Source of the DNA: Reclinomonas americana ATCC 50394 | Lineage: Eukaryota | Direction: 5' to 3' | NCBI GenBank assembly: GCA_048213135.1 | Contig: PS015400.1 | Span: 1 to 64,000 of the forward strand | DNA length: 64,000 nt | Shown: piece by piece, positions 48,901-61,000 of the stretch | How positions within the stretch are numbered: position 1 is the stretch's first letter | Layout: every line of letters starts with the position of its first letter | Notes under the pieces: model-generated | Told to the model about the DNA's origin: nothing | Database searches by the model: none | What the model saw: only the letters and a program-made list of their open reading frames with translations | Program-made: the position numbers and the translations under genes

Positions 48901-51900
48901 AGTCCGGCTGTGTCAGCGACCATCCACTGGCGGCGAATCGCCTCGGTTCGGCTCGCCGCGCGTGCACACACACATTGTTGGCTTGTCTGCGGGGATTGAG
49001 GCTGACATGAATATTCTGTGCTAGGTATGCGCACCTCCCCGCTGCAGTTCGCCTCGGCATCTCTGGTCGAATGCTCGTTTACGAAACGAAAAACACGGAC
49101 AACACCAAGGTTTTGCGAGGACGTTGTGGGGCGATGTCTTCCTCCTCTCACTCACGCTGGCGTGATACAGTCGTTGGCGTACCACGTGCAGTTCTCCAAC
49201 AAGCACAGCAAGCCGGTGCTGCCGCTCTCGGTTGTCGGAGCCGGGAGAGCGCCGGCCACTCCCGACATTTCCGCCCCATCACCCGGGTTTGGCGACGACC
49301 TACCGATGGTCCGGTTGACGCAAGTTGCGCAACACTGTCTCACGCGCGCACGTCCGCACGAACTCGCGATCGTCGTTGCTGACGCCTTTTCTCGCTGCAG
49401 TTATTGGACGGAGGTCCACGATTGCCGTCCCAGTCGTCGGCGGAGGCCTCATCGCCGATGCAGGTGCAAGTCGGCAAAGAGCATCGAGTCGTGTTTCGAC
49501 TGGAGAACGATTTGCAGGTGCCGGTGCAGTACCACGCCGAGCTGCGTGAGTCGTCGCAGCGTGCCACTGTAGTCGTGCAGCCGACAGTCGGTTCGTGTCA
49601 GTCGGCGCTACTTGTGTGGCCGTCTCGCATCTCACCTCGTGTCGCACAGGCGAGGTGGCTGGTCGCTCTTCGTCGTTGCTCGAGCTGCTGGTGACGCCGG
49701 TATCAATCGGACGCATTCGACTCATTTTTGCTGTGCACTTGATCAGCGGACCGGAGGCGCATGTTCTCGAGCAGATTGTGAAGCTCAACTGCGTGCCGGA
49801 TTTCCCGCCGATTCGGTGCGCGTGCAGAAGTTAGCGCATCCTTTTTTCTTTACTGCTCATGCAAGACGTGCAGCTTGGTGGAGTACGGAGTCAATGATGT
49901 TGTCGACCTGGGCATGTGTGCTGTCGATGGCCGCAAGATGCGTGGCTACGCCTCCGTGCACCCGATTCGCATTGAGAATGTTGTGGCAGAAAAGGTTTGC
50001 GGGTACACAAGTGTGGGCATCGCGCGATTCTGCCGCCGTTCTCACGCCATCGTGTCGTGCAGCTCTTTGTGCAAGTCGATTGCAATCTGCATCAACAGAT
50101 TGACTTGTGGTGGGAGCAGCAGCAGGAGTCGCAGTCGCGGGGGAAACCACGCTCTAGCATCGGCGCCTTGCTCCCCGGAGCGCAATCGACACTCTTTGTT
50201 GGCCTCAAGCCCAACCTACCGCCGCAGGTGTGACCAACACATTTGTTGGTGTGGCTGTTCGTGTGTGTGTGTTTGTGTGTCTCACGACGGCTGCGCAGTT
50301 GCAAGCAAACCAATGTCGTGAGCTGATTGGCGGTCTCTCCTTCCGCGTGTACCAAGAACGCGTCCTCGACGATGGACCTGCGCGGCCCGCAGAGGAACGC
50401 GAAGATGTCGAGGACAAGGCGCTGATTTACTTGTCGAGTCAGAAGCTGCGAGGTCTGCTGCTGCTGTTGTGATGGGTGTGATGCGTGAGATTCTGGAAGC
50501 GTTCTCATCGTCGTGGTGTGTGCAGTGGTGGTCGGTCGCAGTATTCTGAACGTCGAGCCTCTCGTTCACGAACTCGGCACGGCACAAATGGGTGCTCGAG
50601 TCACTGGTCATTTTTCTGTCCGCAACGGTAGCGATCGTCTGCCCGTCCATTTCAGGTTGATTCCACCACCCGGTGTTCAGCTCTCACTGACGCACGGAAC
50701 TCTTGGTTCGCACCTGCGAATGCATGCATGCACGCACGCACGCACCTATTTGACCGATTGCTTACTTGTCGTTGCGTTTGGATGCAGCTGGACTGCTGGA
50801 TGCCACGCCGGAGATGCCCGCTGAAGTCGACGTGACGTACCAGCTGTACACGGTGCACTATGGTTTGCATCTGAAAACCATTCGACTGGTGAACATGGGT
50901 GTGCCGAACTCTGTCGCCGCCGCCGTCGACTCTGAGTCTGCGGGTGTGGTTCACCTGTCTTTTCGCTCCTCCTACGCTCTACCGCTTCATCTCACTGTTT
51001 CCATTCACTGCGTACAGAAGAAGATGCCTTTACAGTCCGCATTCAGCTCCGTTGCTTTGTCGACGAGCAGAGCCTTGCTGTGCGCGTGTTCTCCAGCACC
51101 AGCACCGTGTCTGGAGTACTGGTTGGTGTATTCTATCTCTCTCTCTCTCTCTCGCAGTTTGTTGTACTCACGTGTTGCGGCTGTCAACATAGTCGTCGGG
51201 CAGCGAACACGGAGCCCGGATCGATCCGCAGATGCACTTCAACAATGTGTATCTGCAATCCTCATGTACGTGCAAGTTTTTTTTGCAAGTCTCGTACCCT
51301 TGTCTGTGTGGGTGAATGACTGACATTGGCACTGGTGCAGCTGCGGGGACATCTGGCAAGTATCAGCTTTCCTACCGCCTTCCGCCGGCAGCCGAGCAAC
51401 ACTTGCTGGCCAACGCGCTGTGCGCCTGCTATCACATGATGCGCTCGATGACTGGCCACGGCACACCGTCGATTGACCGTGCGTCGTTATGATCGTCATC
51501 ATCACCTCACTTGTAGTGGACTCACTGTGCTGCAGCATCGAAACCATTTGTGACCCCGGATGTGCTGGCGCGCCTGCCCACCTACTGTCGAGTCCTGTTG
51601 CTGTGGAACTCGTCGGAAGCAGACATGCTACTGATCCCCAAGTCCAACCTCGACGTCCTTGTCCTCGCCGTCTCGCCAGACTTGGTTCCAGTTGCGCGCA
51701 CGGTCGATTGTCGCTCCTCCCTCTTTGACGCGCACACTCTGACAACCAATGACCACAGCGAACCGACATCACTGACACTCCGCCATCGGCTGTTGTGGAA
51801 GCTGTGACCGTCGAGTTGTCCTCCGTTCCGCTGAATGCTGTATCTGCCGCCGAGTCACCTGCATCGACGCGCAGAGGTACTTGTCGGTGTGGCACAAACT

Positions 51901-54900
51901 TGAATAACACGCGCGCGTGTGACTCAAATCAATGGCAGGTGCCGACACCATTTCGACCCCCGGTCGCACGGCACGCAACCCGTTCCCTCCGCAAACGGTG
52001 ACGGTTGCCACCAGCAGGTGATTTCTGCATGTTATTATGTGCCAGTGAGACAGATGTGTAACTTTCTGTGCAGTGCCACGAGTCCCGGTCCGGCATCTGC
52101 GCACAGCACCGCTGTTGGGCAGTGGCGAGTGTGTGGATCAGAAATCTACATTCCACCAGCCAGCGGCATTCCTGTCATTGTGTTGCTGTTGTCCACACTC
52201 AAGCGCTCGGCGGTCAACGACAGCTTTGGCCGGCAGTCGACTGGCCCCACTTTGACGGCCTCCAACCCCGGCACCCCATCGTCTGCGTCTGCAAACGCAC
52301 TCAACGTGTCGTCGTCGGGCTCGCTCACGGTGCGTATAACTTCGTGGAGCTGGGGTTGCATGATTTCTTATCGCATGACGGCACTCTTTCTTGCTGCAGG
52401 ATGAGAGCGGAGTCGCCTTGTCGCTGCCTGCTGGTGGCGAACATGTGGCACGAATTCATGTGGAAGGCAGCGTGGTGTTTGAGTCGGCGCTGGACGAGTC
52501 GCCGGATGACGGTCTGTGGTTTCTTGGCTCCTCGGCGTCGCCTGCACGCTCATTGCTAAATGCGCTCCACAGATGTGTTGCCGGTGGTAAAGCGTGTCAA
52601 GGTTCTTGCCGACACATGTGAGTCGGTGGGCGTACTCACAGAGCCACGCGTGTCTCTCGGTGAGCGATGTGCTTCCCCCTGCGTCTGGAAAAAATGCGTC
52701 ATGCTGATGCGGAGACGCTGCGCAGGTGAAATCGGTCACAAGCGGGAGTGGGCTGATGTCGATTTCTCGTTCACTGTCAACAATGTGAGCGACATTGCGT
52801 TGCATGTGCGAGTCCGCCAATTGCCGTCCATGGTGACGCTGGCTGGCGCGGTGAGTCGCTCTCTCTGTGCTCCTTGCTGTCACCACCTCTCACATGTCCA
52901 CGTGCTACTGCTGCAGCTCGGTGACGACGACGAGTTGGTGATTCCTACTCGGTGCTCGGCAGTTGTTCGCGGTGTGCTACACTCCGCGTCGCTGCAAGAC
53001 ACCGGCGTCTCTGGTTCATGGCGCACTGCCGTATCGCTGTACAATGTGTACCGTCCGGACAATGTGCTGGAAGTGGAGCTTGCGGCATTTGTCACGCAGC
53101 GCAAGTGGAGTTTCGAGAGATTGGTGGTGCGTACATCATGTTGCTCCACCCTCGACACAATCTCTCACCACTGCTTTCTTCGATGAGCAGCAACAACAGC
53201 AGCCGCAGCAAGCGCCGGCTGAACCAGACACGCTGTCGCCAGTCAGTGGCATGGAGGGATCCACCGATTCACTCCAGTCGACTGCATCGGCTGCCTCGTC
53301 GACGGCACGGCGATCAAGTGCGTGCTCCGTTTGCTCGCTTGGCGCGCGTGTGTGTGTGCGCTCTGTGCATGTAGCCTTACATTCTCGTTTTCCTTTCTGT
53401 TTTATCGTGTCACAGCTCCGCAGCAGAGTATTCTCTCGCTACGCTTGCCGCCACTCGTGTATCCGTCGCCGCGGGACACTCCACCCCCCGACGAGTGGTT
53501 TGTGTTGCAGAACGTGTCCGGCGAGGCCGTCACTGCGTGGTTCCAGTTTGAACCACGTGAGGGCGTGCAAGACGCACTGGCCGTGCAGGTCCTGTGGCGC
53601 CAGTCAAACGTGCCCATTTCGAAGATTGTGGCCACACCAGGCGAAGCAGTCGAAGTTCGAGTGCGTGTGTCGCTTACGGCCGATGGTCCACGTCAGCTCG
53701 CCTCTCTGCTGCAGAAGCTGTCTGCGGCATCGGGACAGCCGTCGGACGCCTCCGCCGCCGCTTTGCCTCTCTCCATTCCTGGTACGTGTGGCTGGGAGGG
53801 GACGCCATGTGGTTGTTATGTTGCGATACTTACTTTTGCTTCTGCAACACAGAGGGTGGTGTCAATTTGCTGGTCGGCTATCTGTTGCTTCGTGCTGCCG
53901 ATCAGCCAGACGAGCGTATTGCCATTCGCACGCGCATCATGCAGGGAACCACACTCGATGTTGTGCCGAATCGCTTGCATTTCCAGCTGACCGTCGAGGA
54001 GAGCGAATCTGATCGAACGGTGCGTCACACGTGGCGTTCTTGCTTTGTCCTTATCGTTGCTCACCGTTTGTTTTTGGAAAACATATGCATAGGCTGCCGA
54101 TGAGACGCTTCACTCGGACGACGCGCTTCCACAAGGACTGTGCGTTAACGACATTGATTCCTTTGTTATTGTGCCATAATGTCTGACGCAATGCACATGT
54201 GGCGATTTATGCAGTCGTGCGCTTGTGCGGCAGACCACGGTGGTGCCGCCGGTGCACACATTCACCATCCAGAATCACTCACACGCGGCCATGCCGTTCG
54301 CGGTGGAGCTGTTGAGCGGCTACCAGGACATGTTGAACATACACGTGGAGCCACATGGTGACTTGCACTCGTGGCAGTCTGCGAGTGTGTGTTTCCGAGA
54401 ATGCTGATCCATGCTGATTGTGCTTCAGCTGGTGTTCTGGATGGCCTCGGAATGTGCGAGTGCACCATCACGGTGGACCCGCTTACCGATCGACTGCCGG
54501 TACTGGAGAAGGAGGTGCAGGTGGCCATCTACCATCCGCAGTTGCCAAGCCAGCGCACCATCCTCCCCGTGACATTCTTCCGGTCTGTCGTGTCGCACAC
54601 CAAGGAGACGAATTCATCGTCAAGTTGCGAAAAGGCACCACTTTGTGTGTCGTGGTTTCTGTCTGTTTCTTACTCACTCCAACACAAAAGGCTCCGGCTC
54701 GGAGACTCCGACGTACTATACTCGAACGCCGCCGCGTCCAATCGCTCGTGCATTGGGTACGAGTATGATTCCGCCGTGACTGCATCGTGCATTATGTGTA
54801 CTCATCGCGCCACAGTGTCAGCGCAACATGCGCGCAGTGCCGCCATCAAGTTGCTCGGTTGCACCGCCATTCCGCAGATCAAGGCGCGCGGACGCGATGT

Positions 54901-57842
54901 GACAGTTTCGTTGTGACCAACAGCGTGGAGATGCAATCTGTGTTTGTGTGCTTGGGTTGATACCAACAATGTTCTTGTCATTGGTGTGTGCAGCGTTTCG
55001 AAATCAACTTGGGTCCTCAAACCGTGTCGAGCGAGCTTCTTGAGTGGGATGTGACGCTGGAGAGTCCACCGGGCGTTCTTATTCCGTACTCCATCTACCC
55101 CTCCACCAAATCCGACTGGGTACGTGTTGTTGGCTTGTGAATGCCAGCATTCTGTGTCTGTCACTCACGTGCCTGTGGCGCTGCGCAGCTTCGGATCAGT
55201 CGTACAGAAGGTGTACTGGGTGCCAACGGAAAGCAGCGGCAGACAGTGACGCTCTCGTTCAAGCGCGAGCAAGTCAACCTCTACTCGGCCTACGTAATTG
55301 TGGCCAATCGATCGAACCCAGTCGACATCAAGCCGATTCGCATCAGTATGCAGGTGCGTTGGTTCCCGTCAACCCGCATGCCGCGCATAGGGTAGAGGAG
55401 TGACTTACGTAACGGCAGGTGGTTGCCAACGACAATGTATTGCGTCGCAAGGAGAATGGACAAGTGGTGCCGTACTTTGACGTCAAGATCGACGGTCGAT
55501 CGTCGGAGCAGACTTCAGTTCTCGAGGTATGTTTTTTTTGCATCCAGCTCTGCAGATTGCTTGAGAACTGACCGATTCGTTTTGGCTCGTAGATTCACGA
55601 CTACGTTGGTACCAAAGTACAGCACCGGTTCCTGGAGATTTTCAACAACTCCGACATTGCACTCGAGTTCCAATTCTCCTCCAATGTTCGCGATTCGTCG
55701 GTGCAGCTCGGCTTCTCTTTGTCGCAGACATCACTAAAGAGGTCTGTGGCTGCGTTTTGTTTTGTGATGTGTATCGTGTCACTCGGATTGTCGCTGAATA
55801 CTTTGCGTGTACCCCCAGTTTCCACTCGCTGGTGGTGAATCCACACACCTCCGTCAAGGTGTTTGTGACTTTCCGCTCTCTCCGCTCGGCTGCCACCCTT
55901 CATGGCTCTGTTAGCACTGTCTCGATGACACCATCCATGTCGACGAGCGCCTTCTCGTCCTCGATGGATCTTCAGTCGATGGATGTGCCGCCGACCGCCG
56001 TCTCCAGTGGCGGAACTCTCGGCGCGGGCAGTGGAAACGGTGGCGGCGGTGCGCGTGTATCCGACGAGTCACTGTCAGCTGCTGACGGGGACGGAAGCGA
56101 TCGGTCTGCTCCTTGTCTACCATCTGGAAGAGTATGCGTGAGTGAGTGCTCATCATGTTGTCACAGCGCGTTGTCACGTACTACGGCATACACCACACAC
56201 GATGGCGAAATCTACGTGAATTGCCGGTAAGAAAATGTGACCTTCAGTTTGGAGCCATTGTGACTGCGTGTAGGTTGAACAGTCTCGTTACAGTCTCATT
56301 CGCGACTACCGCTTTGTGGTCCCGCTGCACGCTGTGTGCTGGTACCCGCAGCTGCGTGTCAGCACCAGCGAAGTGATGTTTGTACACCAGCCGTCCGGCA
56401 GTCGTCAATCCAGCGCGTCTGGTGCACTGCAACCTGGCGAGGATTTGGAGTGCGTTTCGCACTGCAGTCGTGTGTGTTTGCTCCTCTTCCCCGGCCATGA
56501 ATTCTCATCGCACGTGCGGCAGGGACGACGATCTCAACTTTGACCCACAGTTCGAGGATCTCATCGTGCAGAACCTGTTCCCGTCGGATCCACTCAACTT
56601 TGTGATTCGCAACGACTCGCGGTACTTTACGATCGATGTGCTGCCGGCCGATGCCGATGGTGAGCAGACGCGCCACGCCACGCCTCGCCTCGCCTGCATG
56701 TGTGTGCTTGTTGGTGACTAATATCGGAGACCACGCAGAAAGCGGCACGTCAACCTGTCTGCAGCAGTCTCTCTCGCGCGACTTTGGCGATGTGCTGTGC
56801 GAGTGCGCACTCCCGGCCAACACTCCACGCCAAGTGCTGCGAATCGCGCCGAATCTCCTCGCTTTGATGCACGCTGACGTGCTGTCTGGCAAGGAACGGT
56901 GAGCAGTCGGTGAAAATGTCTAGCTGTGTTTTCGTGTAGTCCTAATCGCGCTACAGCTACATTGAGGAGCACGTCACCATCTACGGAGCCGATTTGCGAG
57001 AAAAGTACTGGGTCACTCTCCGAATCGCCTTTGGCGAAGTGCGACAGTTCTTCTCGAACCCAAGTTCCAAGAGCGGCCACGTGTTTTCGCAACTCGAAAG
57101 CTCCACCGTCAGCTTCCTGCAGCGATTCTACAGTGTGTTCGATTCGGAGCTGCTGGTTCGCGCGTCGGATGCGGACGACACCGGTGGCGATCAATCGTCA
57201 TCCTCTGGTACGACATTGTATTTACTGGAATTCTCTCTGCCTGGTGTTCTGCTGCTCATCTCGCGCGCACTGCTTACGCACAGCATCGGGAGTGGCCCCA
57301 CTGACCGCGACCACGCGACAGACGGCAGTGTTGAACATTGACGAGTCGCCGGCCGGCCGACGACTCTACTTTGATCTACGCTACCTCACCGACGAACTGG
57401 TGTTTTACCTGCTCAAGGGCACTTCCTCGCTCAACTTTATCCACATTGCGCAGCTGGTCTGTCGTGTGTAGTTCGTGGTGCGGCAGCAGTAGCAGAAGCA
57501 ACATACTTACCTGTGTGTGTGTGTTTTTGTGGATTGCCACAGTTGTACAGCGTGTTGTACAAGCATCCACTGTTCACGCATTATCGGCGACCTGACACGG
57601 AGGCGATTCCGCAGTCGATGCGCAAGTGGATCGGACAACTCAGCTACTTTTTGAATTTCGTGCCGTCGGGCGAGGAATTTGCGTCGCTGCGAGCGATTGA
57701 GGAGCGTTGCTATCTGATGTTGCGAGGTGGCTCCGGTGCGGAGGCGGCTGGCAGTGGCAGCAGCAGCAGCGGCAGTGTGGGCACTGCGGCTGCCAGTATG
57801 AGTGCCGCCGGCAGCGGTGGCGACGGTGCCGTGCCTTCATGA
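42938..57842 (+). CDS. Giant multi-exon protein with repeated ASH/PapD-like Ig-fold domains
   Basis: Recurrent (L/V)xFG...hxhxN...hxh motifs: VIDFGDCYAG..FTIRN, FLNFGECDIG..IQIFN, VDFDFVV..LVIKN, VNFGVMY..LVLYN, LDFGTVML..VYIVN and HELGTAQMG..FSVRN. Dozens of GT-AG introns and a coiled coil at ~48500-48640. A single-gene model is inferred. Confidence 0.7.
43494..43612. repeat. (CTT/CCT)n low-complexity tract
   Basis: Directly visible; it produces the spurious poly-Arg antisense ORF. Confidence 0.9.
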
Positions 57843-58025
57843 CGTAGTTGTTATTACTATTATTATTGGAATTATGTTTATTGGCCACTGCTGCGACGTA
57901 GGAATGCATCGTAGATGCGCTGTTGGTATGCCGCAAACGCCTGGTTGCCGGCCAGTTTCTGCGAGAAAACACAGAGTACTTAGAGCGTGTGCGAAAAGCG
58001 CGAGAAGCGGTGTGAAGCAGCTGGG

Positions 58026-61000
58026 TTACGCAACAAACGCATCGCCTGTTCCATGTCTTTCCACAGACTGCTCTCGCTCCAACGAGGCCGCACGTTGCAC
58101 CGGGAAGAACGTCTCGTCGCCAGCACGTAGCCGCTCAAGCACAAATCTACAAAAGAAGTGAGTGCATGGGAAGCCAGGGAAACAGTAAGCACCAAAGATG
58201 AGCGGAACTGCTCGGTGCCGTTCAGACTGTGGTACGGCTTCAGTTGGACGGCAACGAGGAAGTTGAGGTAGTGCTGCACGTTGTGCTCGTGCGTCGTGTG
58301 ATGTCGGAAGCCTGGCGCCGTGGGTGTGAGTCACTGCGCGCACGCACAAATAATGCCAACAGCGCATGCAACACACCGTTCGATTTGCGGTCAAAGAGTG
58401 CTCGAGAGAGGCCACAGATGAAACACACGTTGTTTTGGTCTTTCGTGCGCTCCTCACGCTCATTACGCAGTTGCGAGAACGTGTCGAGAATTTGACTGCA
58501 GAGCAGGGTACTCGTGAGTATGCAACGGTACACGGAGTGACTTATGGTACAGTAAACTGCGATCGCAGCTCACCCGAAGATCATGCTGCGCAGCGAGAGA
58601 GAGACGGTTAGTGAGCGTGCGCAGTGTGACACGCACAGAAAGTGCACCCACGCACTTGAGAATGATAATGACCATGATGATCCAGAAGACCATGTTGAAA
58701 AAGATGCGTCCGCTACACACATCATGTCAGGATGAGCAGGAGGATAACATACGAATCATCGCGTACTGAAGTTAAGACGCACGGAGAGAGATCCACGGGG
58801 AACAGGTCCTCCCATACACCACCAACTCGCAATCCAATGCCGAACAGCGCGACCAAGTAGCACTGAATCATGCTCTCACACGTCTGCGCGGAAGCAGCAG
58901 CGTTAGTGCGCATTCGTGTCAGCGCGAAACGGGCGAGACGTCGAACCTTTTCACCCGTGTCTTTCATCACAAAAGTCGGTTGCATAAATAGGAAAGCGAA
59001 TGTTGCAAACAGGTAGAGCAGAACCATGGCAAGTGCCGCCTGGAGACAAAAGGCTGGATAAGAAGACTACAAGACAGAGGGAAACAAAAAAATCACACGC
59101 AGACGTAACAGTCAGCAGCAGTGACCACTTGTTGGTGGTGATCGACTGAAGCACTTGCTGCAGACCGGCTGACACGAATAGTACCTCCTGTGTGTTACGC
59201 GCCGACACGTGAGACATAAACAGGTTAACACACACAGTCAGGTGTTGATGCCGACAAACCAGAAGTAGGAAGGCGTAGAAAAACTCCGAAACTGCCAGCC
59301 CCAAGGACGCAAACACGACAGTGGCCACCTGCAAGATACAAAGCTCATGCAACGTAAGAAACGGGCGAGAGAGTTCTCGCGGGATTGCAGGCGGACGACG
59401 GCGCAACTCTGTACAGAAGGGCGAATTGCGTGACACATCCGAGCAAGACTCGCGAATAGTAGCGGAAGTTCCGTGGTAATTTGTCGGCGGCATCCTGGCA
59501 ACCGCGTTGTCAACACAACTGTTACCTACACAGCACACAGTGATTTGAAGTCGCTCACTCACCACAGTGTCTAATCGCGGACTCCAACGGTTCCAAGCGC
59601 CAAGAATGGCCTCGTAGACGAGATAGGTCACCAACGTGGTCGCAGCTAACGCCAACGCTATGGAACCGCCAATGAATAGCACAGTGCTCAGACCATCAGA
59701 TCGGTATCGCAGAGTCCTGTGATTGACGCAAACAGAAAACTGAGGCAATGTGTGCGCCAACACAGCAACGTGTTACTCAACAGCAATGAGTTGTCGTCGG
59801 CGTATGTGTCCACTTGACTGCCGAACAGAACAACGGCGTTCACAAAGAACGACACCAGCAGGAGCAGGCGAATGAGATTCTGCTCACATCAAAAAAGCAT
59901 TAGTCGAAAGTTCAGGTCGCGCAGCACCTGCATCGTATACGCACCACATAGTTCTTTCGCAAGAATAACAAGAATTTTCGATTGCGAAGACTGTACAAAT
60001 GACGCATCTCGCGATACGCCCATGGAACAACGGCGATGAGCGACTCAATCTTGTGTATGGGACTCTGTCGATCGGCAGTCGACAAGAAGTAGGAGAATGA
60101 TCGCTTGGACAGATATTGGCACTCGGGTGGTACTTCGTACCACAGCTGCACGTTGGTGTAGGCGTTGAGAAGAGCAAGTATCAGACGGCAATCCAACACT
60201 CGCACACACCGTCTCAATCTGGTCGTCACGCACAATCTCCACCACACCCACGGCCTCCTTGAAGAGCACCAGTGATGCAGCTCGTGAGCTGACATCATTT
60301 CTCGTCGACTTCAACACATTTTGCCAGCTCTCCGTTGGCGCGGATGAGAGCCACTGCATCAGCATGAAGCGGAGACGTCCCAGTTGGAGCAGCTACGGAG
60401 AAGCACACGCTGTGTTGTTAAAATGCACCCCCATCTCGAGCAGCAGTCGCCGCAATGACGAACCTCGTCTGAGAATTCACGCAGTATTCGAACTTCCATG
60501 GCATTGCGCGGAGCCGCCAGCTTGTCACTATCGTCGGCAACTTCATGCACTCGAACCGCAAGGTCGTACTGAACATCAAGCAGCAGCCATGAGAATCAAC
60601 GCAGCGGCGAAGTCACACAGAGAGAGCATGAAAGTATGTAACCATATGGTGGGGATTAAGAATGTCTGCAATGCGCTCCACTCGCGCCGCCGACTGCGAT
60701 GGATTGCCTTCCAGCACGGCAAGCAACATGGTGCAACACTCGACCTGTGCAACAAGCCAGTGATACGTTCAGGTTGAACACGGCTACAACACGGCGGCGA
60801 ACGGTCGCATTATAAAGGGAAAAACCTGGCTAAAGACAGTTGTCGGGCACGGCATTTCGCCGAGTGGGATGCCGAGAATGCGATTGGCAACTGACAATAT
60901 GTCCGACGACAGCGCCGCCTCCTGATTCGCCTGGCATGGCCTACAACAAGGGAGTGTCAACACTGCGCGCATCAAGAAGCCAGACCGAGAAAAAGCCCAC

